Made by a program: the position numbers and the translations under genes
Notes under the pieces: model-generated
Database searches by the model: none
What the model saw: only the letters and a program-made list of their open reading frames with translations
Told to the model about the DNA's origin: nothing
Part shown: one piece after another, positions 40,716 to 54,499 of the stretch
How the letters are laid out: the number at the start of each line of letters is the position of its first letter
Numbering within the stretch: the stretch's first letter is position 1
Assembly: GCA_011109175.1 (NCBI GenBank)
Contig: RDEW01000009.1
Location: 516,875 to 580,874 of the forward strand
Reading direction: 5' to 3'
DNA: 64,000 bases
Source: Dicyema japonicum
Taxonomy: Eukaryota > Animalia > Dicyemida

Positions 40716-41299
40716 TTTCTACTATACTTTTGAATTACCAAAATAAGTACCACAACGATAAAAAAGTTCAACGACAGGTTAGTTTTAATTTTTTAAAATT
40801 CTAATAAAATATTAGTTTTTAATTAAGACGTGGGATATTTATGTGTGTTTTTTAGTTGGTGAGATTATTTTCACCTCGTGTTTAGTAGAATAGCAGTGAC
40901 TAACAGCGATAATCTTTCTTTCTCTTTGACCCAGTGATCCTGGGGATAATAATAATAATAACAGCGAGAATCCAAAAGAAAATTGGAAATCTCCGCTTTT
41001 ACGCACTCCCCAATATCTTCTCGCCCATCGTTAGAGCTTCTATACAAACAATTTATTCTACGAGTATCGAGTCGCCTGCGCTGCACGGATTGCCTTTTAT
41101 CAGCATCGGCACAGAGCAAGCTGGAAGTGTTACAAAATCTATGTCTCATAATATTATGAGATTATCGAAAAAGACGCCCACATCGTTACTACGGAGAACA
41201 CTAACATGGTCATGTCGTCTCCAACATCACTTCCTTCATAGGCGGAAGAGTAATCATAGTAGGAATCTTCACCGGTGGAGTTGGTTAGGGAGAAGGTAG

Positions 41300-42020
41300 A
41301 GGATCCTCTTTAAAAGCTATGTCGTGCCAGGATTTGAACCCTTGACAGTCAGATCACTTATTTTTAGAGAAGACTTGTTAAGTTGTTTATTTCCTCCGAG
41401 TGAGTTGATGGATCTGTGGATAGGATCCATCATTTGTTTTTTGGAGTATATCTCTGGGGCACCGCGGTATACTTTTTAAAGGCAGGTGAGTAGATGGTAG
41501 TCGAACCTTTTTTATTGGAGGGAATGAGGTTTGTTCCACAGGTAGTTGCAAAAATGACTTTTTCCTAGCATTTCAAAGTGATGGGGGATAAATAGCACAT
41601 TACATTCTCGATGAATGTGCTCTCTTTATCAGGAGTGGGGAGTGTGACCGTCGATTTTGAGGAAGAGATCCTCAATCATTGTCAGATAGGCAATCATTTA
41701 GTTTGTCATTTAATTTACAGCAATTTGATTACATGTTTTGCTGCGATCATCAAGTCGTCTGCATAGGAAAATATAAGAAATGCTACTCTCATTGGCTGAG
41801 GAATATCACTCAGGAATACATGTAAATGGGAGAGAACTAAACCTTGTGGGACTCTTTTGAAAATATCTGCAAAGTGAGGTTTTCAAGCGAAATTCAGCAT
41901 ATCTATCTCCAGAGAAGGATGTCAGTGCTAAAAGATGGGTAGTAGTGGAGTGGTATTTTTGTAAGCCGTGCCTCAGCCAATACAGGTGAGAATCTAGAGT
42001 TAGAGATTGATAATCACCCA
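41300..42020 (-). mobile_element. LINE RT fragment
   Basis: RHGLQKYHSTTTHL, SYADDL. Confidence 0.6.
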
Positions 42021-45000
42021 TAATTTTTTTTCTCAGTTTTTTGGTCGATGGATGAATGAACTTCCATTTCCTGCTTTTTCTTTGTTAATTTTATGAGTGG
42101 ATTTTAGAATTATTATTATTATTTAAACCCAAAAATCACCGACAAATTAATAACTACATAGGAATCAAGTGATTCCGGCCGCCTAGTCCTTTAGTCTTAT
42201 GATATTTTGGTTTGATTTATTCGGTTGTTACCTTGTGTTTACTAATCATGGGAGAGTAGGGTTCTCATTGTGTTGTCAAGTACACGTCATTGGTGTGACT
42301 TGCGGTTCTATAACATCCATATATACAAGATCTTTTTCTTCATGGCAAGATATGTCCCCAACATAACCGGGAGTATTTTTAGTATTTACACGTGAAAGTG
42401 GCTTATAGACTGAAATTTCCGATTACGACTTTTATGTTTCTTTGACTAATTGAGTTAACAAATATTCACAGACACAACCTTCCAAAACCGCACAAGTCCA
42501 TGCAGAGACAGGAGTGTGGAACCTCCAGAGGAATGATCCAATTTAGTATGGGAGTTAATAGTCCTTGATGTTGTTCTGTCACTACTCACCAGCTAAGAGA
42601 GGTTATGAGATTCACAAATAAAAGTGGTATTTAATATAAAGGCAGAGGCCGGGGGATTACGAGAAATGCGAACTGTCTGCTATTCAATCAATAAAATACA
42701 ATAATTGTACAGTTCAAACGGTCCCATTTATGATAAAGTTTCCAAATACATGTTCTACAAGAATTATTGTTGTGGGAATTCCTCTAACAAATAAAACAGT
42801 AAATGGAGGACAGAAATTACCTTTTTATGGTGTTATAGCACTGGAAGTCTCCTAAATAGACGAATCCCATGACGCATGCTAATTTAGCGAAAAAGGAACA
42901 GAGCATAGGGAAACGAACCTCCGACCAAATAACCAGCGACCTAACGTATCAACCTCTTTTATGTAATCAATACTGGAGTTATTAACTTATTTATTTATTT
43001 AAGGACAAATAATACTGAGAATGTTCTTTTTTATGCGTTTAATATATTTGTACCCTGCAATAGCTTATTTACTACTTTCCCAGTGAATAACATTGAAATT
43101 CAAAATTAGTAAAATTAGAGTACATTTTGTCTATTAAAACTGAGCATCTAAAAATTTCGTCTTCTAAGGAATCGTACAGAGAATTAGATGAGCGAAGCTG
43201 CAACCATTCTACCCATTGTACATGAATCTATAAGCAGATTCCTTGAAATACCAACTTCTCCGGGTTATTCAAAAATTAAAATTTTGTGTAATTTTACGTA
43301 ATAACTGTAAATTTCACCTGTACGTTAATGCGCGGGCACGAAGGAAGAACACCTGGCAAAGATGAGGTCTCTGTTAGAATGCATCGGGATCACGTGATAA
43401 TTAGTTTGGTTTTACCGTGGTCTTGGGTTAAATAAATTACTCGCGTCGCGATTAGATGTGGGTTCGATTTTACTGGTCGAAAGCTTCCTTTCTTCTCTGC
43501 ACCGACTATAATGGACTCCATGAACACCCCACGTGTTTGTAGAACAAAGCAACTACCAAAATGACACGTGTTAAGTTTAGTTTAAAATGTAAGATCACAG
43601 GCATTTCTTTGTTAATGATTCCAAAACAGACCGTGTACAGCTACCTAATCAAATCCAGCACCAATGCAGCGGTGGGGAAGGTCCCTGTCGTCAGTTTGGA
43701 GTATAAAAGTCGTCCTTGGTCTCACAACCACAAATACCGTCACAGAGACCTCAAATTCCCCGTACACGACAAAGATCTCTGAATCGATCGGCTGAGGATG
43801 AACATAGTCACGGTAATGAAAACCTGAGTGATTATCGACGGTACCTTATATCTGAGGGCGTATTCCCAGAATTGGGGTACCGGGAGGCCAAAATAGAGGA
43901 AAATATTAAACTGAGTGAAGAGTATAATAGGAATTGTGATTTTGACCACTTTGAGGATTGAGCAGATTAGATTATTTAGGAATTTGGGCTTCGATAATTC
44001 TAGCCTCAATATAATGTTTGGAAGAAGATAAGGGGATATTTCGCGGATAATCTCGGTGTAGAGTCGTAAGTAATAGCGGGAGTTACTGGAATTAAGTAAA
44101 GGCTGTACAAAACGCGAAATGTGACTGTTTTGATGACAGTTCTGTTAATACCCATTTATGGGACACTGTGGTATGGTTTCTTTAATATTATTTGAATTTC
44201 GTTTTTCGTATTGTTTATTATATAATATTTAATAAACATTAATTTTAATAACTCGATATTAATGGATATGACAGTCAGTGGAGACCAGGGTAAATTCTTC
44301 AGATTTTAACGGAAGTGTTTAAAAGTGGGTAGAGTGGTATTTCTGTCTTGTGGGGATAGTTCATTCATGAGTGGAGGAAATGCTACCCTGAACCACCTGG
44401 ACTTTATGTCAAAGTGAAGCGTCTTTGAAGCGAGTTGTCTTGGCGGCCTTCTTAATGGTCACCAGCTTGCTGCATGTTAAGGAAGCTGTCTTGGATCAAA
44501 AATTCTAAGATAAGGGGACACATGAGAGTCAGTTCATCGAAGATGAATATTTTATTGCCCACTCATTACTATCACTGAGGGTACCACACTAAAGGTTTCG
44601 TAATGTCCTCTCGAAAAGATGTCTGTGATAATCTTTGTGTGGATATGAATATCCTAGTAAAGTGTACCACTGAGTCTCAAAGTAATTCCTAACCATCCTT
44701 TTACCCCCACAATCCAGTCAGAGAAAGGATTGCGACACTGAGATATCAATAGGCTAAATTGGGGGTACCATAGACATTATATATTCGTAGTTAACATTTC
44801 CTAGTGGAATTCTCTACTCAGTCGGATATTTTAATAAACCTAGAAGTTCTGGTGGAGATCTACCTCCACATGGTTTGAGGGAACGTTAAAACCAATATCA
44901 TGACTTGTAGTTTAATTGACAAAACCGAATTGTGTCGCTGTTTATCTTGTCAACCAACTGATTGGCGTCAACTGACATTCATCCTGATCCCATTGAGTGG

Positions 45001-46459
45001 CTACGACACATGTTTCGATAATCACCCCCAACGGTTTTTCGCTTTATCTGATAATTTTATAATATTTTTGAACGATTTTGTAGACAATCGAAGCTTTATT
45101 TGACCACCTCAGTGAGAGATCCACCATTTAAGGTTTTCTCATAAATTTGATGACGGTTAGGAGCTTTTCAAATAAATCATGATCAGTCTCTCTGAATAGT
45201 TGGTGTGCTTAATAAACGTCCGTATGCCCTCATCACAGAGAATAAGTTTGAAATTTTCCACACTAACTAATTAATGGTAGACCAAGTTGTTTGAGTATGG
45301 CCTAAATTATCATCTCCCAGATATCTTATAAAGATGGGGCAACATAGAAACAGTACAGATTTTAGAATTCCGTCAGGGTTATCCAGTTTCCACTCCAACA
45401 TAGCACCACAAGGCGCAACGTGGCTTTTTTCATAATACCCCTTTTGGCGATTTAGTGTTCAAAAACCACCCCCAACGGTTATTCGGTGGTGTAATTACAA
45501 GTTCTTAAAGTATTGAATTTCGATAACATAAATAAACACAAAAGATCAACATTATTACTACATAATGATTATTATTGGAAACTATCATCCAATACGTACA
45601 GTTTCTGACGGATGCTTCTCCAGGTTCATTCAATTTGACCTAAATTAGGATCTTACGTACATTTAGAGTATATCTCTAGAGCAGTTCGGTTATACGATAA
45701 GTCCATTTCATCGTTTGTATCAGATATAAGCACTCAGATATCAGATATCACAACTTTTCTGGCAATATTAATTTACATTATCTTTTAACATTAAGGATGC
45801 TGGTGGCCTTGATGTCCCGGTGGGAATAGTCGAGGTTTCTAGTAAATCTGTCAAAAATAACGAGGAACCCATCTCAGAGAAAATCTTTAAGAAAGGTATT
45901 ATGTCAAGGCGATGATCCAACGATCCAAATAGGTGTGTAGTTCAAATTATCTTGAGAGATTTGAGAGGAGTACCAATGTAGTTCTATGATGACTTTGCAT
46001 GAGTTGTTGAGCTGTTCACGAATATTCACGAGCAAAAATATAGTTGAAGGTTAACATTGACCATCTTTATTTAAATCTGCAAAAATTTTAAAATGAGATT
46101 TTATTGCAATGAGGTTTAATTAGATTTATTAAGGATAAACCAAAAAAGAAGTTAATAGTTAATTAGAAGTGTCTAGTTCTCACAGTCACAGAAGCTGAGA
46201 CACTTCCAGGTTACTTTGTTAATGAGGTTTATCATGATTTTGACTAATATAAATCGATCAATATGAGAATAACCAAATATAATTGAAAGGACAACAAACT
46301 GAGATTATTTTCCATTCTTACTGTTATTTTCCTCATTACTTTCCTCATATAGTATGAGATAATGGCTAATCTACCAAGTCACTGTTTTCATAGTTATCCG
46401 TGTTAGTGAAACAAGGAAATCACTTAATATTGACAAAGTCGGTATTTTTACATTCCTAG

Positions 46460-47573
46460 AGGCTTCAACTTAATTATCCTTACTGGTAAGGCAGTTTTCC
46501 AGCTCGTCGCTTCCGAGAAGGCAGCCGAGGAAGTGTGCCTTGTCCAAGGAGGATATGCTGAAACCTGGAAGTAGAAACGATATCGCTTTCGTAAACTAAG
46601 GCTGAGTCCGTCCCATACGATAAGTGTAGTAGTCGGCCAATCTCTGCAGCTCTATTCCAACAGATTTCCAAAATACAGTCTTTCCTCAGCGAGTTGAGGA
46701 AATGGCTAGTTTCGTATAATTCTGTGAGTGGCAAAAAATAAGTACATGGCTTGGGCGCAGTTCGTCCATACCTCCGCAGCTACTGGGAGGAAAAGATTTA
46801 ATCCACGCACTACTTCAAATTTTTCTTCACCATCTTTAAATTTTTTATAACCAGTCAAGGTAAATTTAATATCTGGTTGACCAGCGAATTTGCATTTACT
46901 CTCCTATACGATTATTAAAAAAGTACTTTTCCTTTATATGTACGTAAACAACTACTCCTCGGCTGCCCTCTAGGAAACGACGAGCTGGAAAACTGCCTTA
47001 CCAGTAAGGATAATGAAATTGAAGCCTTTACAAAGAGAGTATCATCTTTGGATCCAAATTTGTCTTTCATCTTGCTCAAGAAATGTATTTCCGTGTCGAA
47101 GATGATGTACATTTTGAGATGTTCACCATGTTTTGAACACCGGAAAGCACTATTGTCGGCTGGGATTTCCGGCCCAAAAAACCTTTGGGCTTAGACAGAG
47201 GCGACGGGAAGAGGCCGGATGGCATGATGTTGTTCCCATGCTCCTTTGAGAATCACTCGTATGGGACGCAACGTGTGTGGACACTTTCTCAGGGGCCAGA
47301 TCGCTGACGGCGACGCACTCTTCTGGAAACGCAGCCGACCAGGCGGAGGCCAAAAAGATCCGTAAATACGAATCCCTCGGAGACCAATACCATTTCACCG
47401 CCATTGCTGTGGAGACAACTGGAACCGTGAGAGCGAAGACGGAAGCCTTTCTCTCCAGCATTGGAAGCAAATTCGCCTTAAAAAAATGTGAGCCACGGGA
47501 GAGGCTCTGGTTGAAGCAGAGGCTCGAAATGGTGATTATCAGAGGTGACGCCTTCGCCATTCTGTCGTCCTAG
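46460..47573. mobile_element. CRE-like element with 5' inversion and duplicated overlap
   Basis: Plus strand: LLGCPLG, RRPDG, WDATCVDT, AIAVETTG, IIRGDA. Minus strand: GGMDELRPSH and a second LGC segment. Confidence 0.8.
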
Positions 47574-47729
47574 TTATTTTTGAAAAAATTAAATTTTGAT
47601 TAAAAAAATATATAAAAAAAATTTATACGACGCCAATAAAATTTAATTTTCTTTGTATTTGATAATTTTAAGCATAAATCAACTTTATTAATAACCTGTA
47701 ATAATAATAATTAATAACCTGAATAACGT

Positions 47730-49633
47730 GATCTTATTGGGAAGAAAAATATTTATCCCAAGATGCTCCTTCAGGCGGTACAACGATAAACTAGATCGAG
47801 AAACAAGAGCCCTCATCAAAGAAGGGAGTCAGCTTATAAGGAATCTTTCACTTTTCCCAGGTAGGAAAAGCCAAATCAAGAGCCTCAACGACGCAGTTGC
47901 ACAGAGATTGAAATCATTTTAAAGGAATGAATGGGAAAGCAGAATCAGAGGTCTTTGCAAGCATAACTCTACCCATTACATGTGGAAGACCATTAAAAAG
48001 CTCGGACCACATACAAAACCCAATAACACAGGCCAACCAAATGTCCAAGAACTAAACAACCTAATGAAGTTTTATGTCGGAATCAGCCACAAGAAATTCC
48101 TGAAAACCAGCCATTCCTTTACGTCCACGAAGCCAAAAAGGTCTTCTTCATTATATTGCTTATCACACTCCGATATTTGGAATGAAATCAAAAATACAAA
48201 ATCTTCCCTCTCCTGCGGTCCTGATCTGATTCCGGCTATTCTGCTCAATTATCTCGGCCCAATTGGAATAGAAGCGCTCCGGAACATCTTTAACTTTTCA
48301 ATAAACCATAACCAAATTCCAGACATCTGGAAACAGTCCAACATACGCCCAATTCTCAAGCCTGGAAGGCCGAAGAACGATCCCTCTTCGTACAGACCCC
48401 TTGCACTATTATGCTCATCCTCGAAGCTCCTGGAAAAACTCGTTCTACACATCATTTACCCCGCCTTTCCCCTTACACATCTCCAACATGGTTTCAGGAG
48501 AGACCGATCTACTTCAACTCACCTCATTGAACCAGTTTATTATTGAAGGCTTTTCTGCAAAACCACATCTAAAATCGGTTTTATGCTTGACCTACAAAAG
48601 GCCTTCGATTCTGTATCCAGAAAAATCCTCACTCAAAAAATATTTAGACTATCCATCAACTCGAACATAAAATTATGGCATTTAAATTTCCTCAGCGGAA
48701 GGAGAGGGCGTGTATGCTTGTATGGGATTCGATCAGTCTCAAGATTACTTCCAAATGGAGTTCTCCAAGGCTCCCCTTGTCTCCTGCCCTATTTAACTTA
48801 TACCTTTCCGACATTCCCAACCCAGTTATGGAAGACTAAAATTCTCGCCTTGCTGATGACCTACTCATTATTTCACGTATAAAGACCTCACGAATGCTTC
48901 AAAAAAAGTACAAGTCTTGCTTCAAATTCAAATTTGGCTACATCAAAACCGGATAAACATATCTCCCGAAAAATCCTCCATCACTCTATTTACCTCGGAT
49001 AAAAGACTCGAAAGATGTATCGTTGATCTATTCCTGGAGAACGAAAAAATCCCTTTTACGAACAACTCTAAAATTCTGGGGGTCACTTTTGATGCGCACA
49101 TGCGTTTTTCTGCTTATATTAAAAAGACCATTGGAACTTGTCAGAGGAAAATAGGTTTAGTAAAAACCATATTTCGTGGAATAAAAAAGCCATTCCCTGC
49201 TCTCGGTATTCTCTATAACAATTCATCGAGCCAACTATCAGTTACGCCTGTGCAACATGGGGAATAAATCTCTCGTGGACAAACCGTGTTAAAGTTGATA
49301 ACACCTTATTTCGAGCTGCGATTACCATAATGCACTTTGAAAAGCTGAAAAGATTCTTCCTAGTCCCTTTGACCACCTTATTGAGCAAAACGGCAAGAGC
49401 TTCTTGACATTAACCCTCCAGCAAGACCTGTCGTCGACAGTCTGTCCTGTATCAAGTTTCCAGAAGCACATCACCCCAGTTAGCTTTCTCACGAACACTG
49501 TCCCCCGCCCATACCGTGAATGTGTCGGGTCAAAAGTCCAGCATCGGGAGAAGCTGAGAAAACTCTTCAGGATTGTCGGGATCACCTAATTAATTTCAAC
49601 AAATTAACTATTGGTGTTTTTTGGCTAAATAAA
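47730..49633 (+). mobile_element. 5'-truncated LINE RT ending IVGIT*
   Basis: CGPDLIP, SYRPLALL, QHGFR, DLQKAFDSV, GVLQGSP, ADDL, ILGVTFD. Confidence 0.92.
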
Positions 49634-50007
49634 AAAACCGCAACATGTTTTATTTTATTAAATCTAAAAAAAATTCCGCATACAGTTTTCTAATTTATAA
49701 GTTTTTTTTTAAATTAATGTAATTTTTGTTTCATATTAAAATAAATCAACCCCCTTAGATTTTTTTATCGTTAATTCTAATTTTTCGGTCCCATGAAGGC
49801 TCTATATTTTTCTTTTCACTCACTAAGAATTAAAGATCCTATAATTAAGTAATCTCAATTGCCAAGATTTATAAGTGGTTTTACGACGCCAATAAAATTT
49901 AATTTTCTGTTTCTTTGATAATTTTGAGCGTAAATGTTAAAGTCTATATTTCTCGAAGTGTGTTCAGAATAAGGCAAAGAGCAGAAAGGGATTAATTAAT
50001 TTAATTT

Positions 50008-50350
50008 ATTAACCCCGGATACACCGAGAAAGAAGTTAAAGTAAACAACTAATTAAGTGTATCCAGTTTCCACTTCTACAGAAACGAAGTCCATCCGGAA
50101 TCAGCATAAAAGGTAAGACGTCTATTACATGCAGTTGTGGGAACCCCTCCAGTGGAGTGGGGGAGAGCAAATGATCCTTTTTCGTGCCGGCCTGGCACTG
50201 GGCGTCACCTAGACAGGTGGATCACATGACGCCACTCTAATGGAAGAGACAGGAGGAACAGATAAGAAGGCAGAAAACTTCAACCAATTAACCACGCAAC
50301 ACAACATGGCGCCACGCGGCAGAAAGGGATACATCAATCAAGTAGGTTAC
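50008..50350 (-). mobile_element. LINE 3' end variant (ETGYT*)
   Basis: Family 3' stem with compensatory changes. Confidence 0.6.
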
Positions 50351-50443
50351 GAAATTGCAACTGATGCAAAGCAACAAACAACATAAATCCACTATTATTT
50401 AATTAAATTCAAAATATAAAAAACAATAATTATTTTATAAAAT

Positions 50444-51806
50444 TCAACAAAGCAGTTTTTTAGTAACAATTTCATAAATAATTTTTCTCCTCACAAAAGG
50501 AATGTCCGCCTAAAACAAACAAACAGACTACCTGAGCATATAACAGAGGTTTAAACCGAGACAACAGTTCTGCACTTGCACACAAAAACACTCCACAATC
50601 ATTCCCATTCTTCTGCTGAGGACTGTCCTACTTAATCAAACACCAATAGAAACGTCTGGGGCAATCAGCGTCCACTGGTATTTCTCAAACCTGTAGTTCT
50701 CGGGTTTCTTATCATTGAACTCTTCTTCCAGGTAATTTCTAATATATAAGGCCACTACAGAATCAAATTGAGTATTTTTGAAAAACCAGATCCGCTCATT
50801 CCTTCAAGGGAGTCGTAGTAGTTGATGACCCTCTTCACCATATCAACAGCCTTCATTAAATTTGACTAAAACCACAAGACACCAATGAATGCTCAGATGG
50901 ATAGGGATAATCAGCAAGTCCAGGGAAAATATATTCACGTTTTGTCTCTTAGTCCATCTTCTTACTCCCGAAAACCCAGCTGTACTCAATTTTGGGTAAA
51001 AAAACGTGTTAAAACAAAAAGTTTTCGCCAGAATATTTGAAGAAACGGCAATATTAACTTGAAACGTGGCAGATCTCGAATTAATGAGGTTTAGGTAAAA
51101 ATTTATGACCTAGAGGACTCAATATCAACTATTACATCGTTATTCAGCCAATTGTTTGGCATCAGAGTATGGATATCGTCAATAGTGAGATCAACACCGA
51201 ACTCAGAGTAGGACTTGTGCAGGCACGTGTCTACAACTTCTTCCATTTCGGGTGTCAACGCTGAATTTGAAAAAATCCCTAACCTGACCATAGACAAGGA
51301 ATGATTCTTTTATAGGGGACAAAGGTGGTCGCAGAAATATTTAGCTTGCGGTCAATCAGAGCAGAGAGATCTTCCATCAATTCCGACCTTTCCTTAGAAA
51401 GTTTGGAAATGAAAGATTTTATGTGTTTTACAGTCTCCTCCCTTATTTGAGAATCATCACCGCTGTAAAAACTTAAATGAAAATGTTACGTCGAGTAGTA
51501 AATGGGTCCTTCCAATATTTCTTGTGATTTCTCAGAATATGAAGTTCCCACGTCAGATATTGGCGGATTTACTCTGAATTGAGTTAATATTGTCATACAA
51601 AGAGGATTTGTTTGAATTCTCGAATTTTATAGTAGAGTTTAGTGGAAGAATTTTATTCTTGACATCCGATTGAGTGGAATTTTGATTTTTTAAAGATTTG
51701 TTATATTGACGAAAGTAATCATTTAATTTGAAATAAGCTGACCTTTGGAGATTCTACATTTGATCGAAAAAACTACAGAATAAACTGCACTCCGCCTGTC
51801 ACACAT
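50444..51806 (-). CDS. SENP1/2-like SUMO protease (Ulp1, C48 peptidase)
   Basis: WLNNDVI, FNTFFYPKL, VRRWTK, PIHLSIHW, YYDSL, PQQKNGNDCGVF; micro-introns; start codon tentative. Confidence 0.9.
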
Positions 51807-51999
51807 GGCTTAGCAAATTTAAATTTGTTTAAAATTTAAATAATTTCTTAATTTTTTAAATCATAATGAATTTAAACAATTTTTTTTAAAAATCTTTGAA
51901 AATTTATGTAAAGTCTATTCATGAAATTTTTTGGTCTTCTGGCTGAACGTAACGATGATGAATATGTTCCATACATCTTGGAGCGGTAAATCAATATAT

Positions 52000-52830
52000 A
52001 TCCCCTCGTGCTCTTTGTCTAGGCATTTTGGGTCTTCAAGTAGTCCAGATTGTAACCTTTAGGATGCGGTTTTGATTAGTTACTGCTTTCCTTCTAATTC
52101 TCACTAATGACCAGGGTTTCTTTAATGAGATTTTGGCAATTACTATTTTGTGGACACTGCCGATGATTGATCCTCCATAGGCCGGAGCATCCGTTATAAT
52201 ACAGCGGTCTTTTTGCCTATAATCAATCTTATTATAAATATTCATGATTTGTCCGTCATGCTTTCTCCTGTACTCTCTCTCTGACCATGTTGTCTTGTGT
52301 CTCAATCTTATAATGAGGATGCACGAACGCTGTGTTGTAGAGGAATAGACTGTTTACCTGGCAGAAGTAGCCAGTAGGGTTCCCGGAAAGTTTCTTCTTC
52401 TGCCAATTAATGTTTCTTCGGACGTAATCTGAGTGCCCATTTTCACGTTAGGTCTTCCGTAATTAGTGTTGAGTGTGCAAGTGTGCACAGATTATTATAA
52501 AAGTCTTCAACCTCCTCATGGTTCATATTAAGCCATCCAGTAGGGTTAAGATTTTCCAGTTTTATTTGTAGTATGCCAATTCTGTCGTTTACACTCCAGT
52601 AACGGTAAATTCTCTGGAGTAAGTTATTCCTTAAAGCGAATCTCAACTAATAGTGCCTAGATCCTCCGGGAGTAAGATTAGCCTGAGATCTCCGTGTTGT
52701 TCTTCTATCCCGTTGGTTATTTTTTTCTCTTGAAGACATCCGAGAGATACTTTGTATCTCGAGAGGTCTTCGCAAAGTTCTCTTCTTTTCCAGGTAGATA
52801 CTGGTGCATTATAGTACCCCCTAAGCACTT
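52000..52830 (-). mobile_element. RTE-like APE endonuclease fragment
   Basis: LGCLQEKK, GFAL..., VNDRIGIL, EDFYNNL, YNKIDY. Confidence 0.7.
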
Positions 52831-52885
52831 TTAGTACCCCCTTAGCAAATATAGTACCCCTAAGAAATTATAGTACCCTCTAAGT
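52811..52885. repeat. Minisatellite, 4 x ~19-20 nt (TAGTACCCCCTAAG core)
   Basis: Direct inspection. Confidence 0.85.
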
Positions 52886-53544
52886 ATTTTTTCTTATTTT
52901 GCTAAAATTACTAATTTTTTAGTAGTCTTTGAAAATTAGGAAGAATTGTTTTTCTAAATAGTTTCTTATAATTTTGTGAGTGGCAAGAAATAAGTTCAGT
53001 GGATTTGCGTGCAAGGACGTTCATGTTGAGGTGAATAACGTTTAGGAATGTGGGGCCTGGGGTTCTGTTCGATGCTAGAGTTAAACTGGTAACCAATTTT
53101 TGCCACGTGAAGGTGAACCACATTGAAAATCCTTGAAATATCCCATGGTGCACAGGATTCATGTCACCAGCCCAACTTCGATCAGTTGACTTACTGGTCA
53201 CTACACTAAAATTATTCCAAAGACCAAGGGTAAAACCAAACTAACTAATTTCTTGATCCGTAAGCGTTCCAGCAGAACCATCACCCAACCGCAATGATCC
53301 AGAGAGCGTTGTCCGAGGAGTTGAGAATTCCAGAACTCGTCGCCAGGAGCGAAATTGCCTCCCGGTGGAATGAATAGCCACATGGCACCATGTGGTACCG
53401 CTCGAATGGCTAGGCTGTTTCCCCTGACGGTAGAATCGAAGTTATCCAATCTCTCGTTAATCCTAGGTGACTTTTTGGACCATTAAGGCCGATCCGACGG
53501 ACTAGGTCGTCCGCTTATTGGGAAAGGATTTTTATCAACACAGA

Positions 53545-53995
53545 AAATGGACCCACTAACATACAACTCTGGGACGTGGGAATTTCGAAAACGGACGAAC
53601 AAAACCTTGACTCCTTTCACAGAAGGCAACTTCGGTCTCTCTTGGGACTAAAGTGGCCAATGCGTGTAGGGAGTGAAAATTTATATAGAAGATGCGGTTC
53701 CGGACCTCTGAGCACCATGATCATGAAGGCTCGCTGGAGATTGTTTGGCCATATTCTCAGATTGGAACAAGACACGCCAGCAAACGTCGTCATGGAAGAA
53801 TACTTCGATACGTCAGGGGAGAAGTTCAGAGGTCGTCCAAGAATAACTCTTCCGGAAGTCCTTAATGGTGACCTGAGATCAGTAACCAGACTACTAAAGG
53901 ACGGTGAAGACCTTAGTAGTCTGCGGCACTTGGCATCGGACAGGAGGGGATGGGAAAGGCTAATTAAGAGGATTGTTCAGACGCGGCACGAATAG
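53545..53995 (+). mobile_element. RTE LINE 3' fragment
   Basis: LDSFHRRQLR, RWRLFGHILR, RGRPRITL. Confidence 0.85.
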
Positions 53996-54499
53996 AATTA
54001 TAATTTATATGATTCTATGTAGTTGCTTATAATAATAATAAGAAAATGGACAAAAATGGTCTTCTGAAATACTTCTATACTTCCTTTTTTTTGATCCTCG
54101 AATGACCTGATTCCGGTTCAGAAGCAGTAAATTTTTTTTCTGCCGAAGAAGTCTTCTGGATTTTTTCATAGAAACACCCAATTGTCAGAGTATTTATCGG
54201 CTCCAGGTCGGAGGCGACGTCTCTTATTCGTTTTGATTTCTACATTGGGCAGAAAACGATTTTATGCGAATGGACAAGAAAACCTCCTACATTTCGGTTG
54301 AAAGTTCCACGCATCTAAGATGTTTTGGCTAGACGAGTGACGCCGTCATCTATAGCTAGTGTGGCTCTGTGTATAAGTGCAGTTTAAGAATAATCCATGA
54401 TAAATATCAGACTTAATTTGACTTAAACTCGAATATCACCTCGATCATAAATTTTCAATTGTTTTTGTTCACTAAAATAAATTAAATAATTAAAAAAGC

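Noticed and set aside
52811-52885. CRISPR-like array
   Set aside because: Spacers are only ~5-6 nt, the context is eukaryotic and there are no cas genes.
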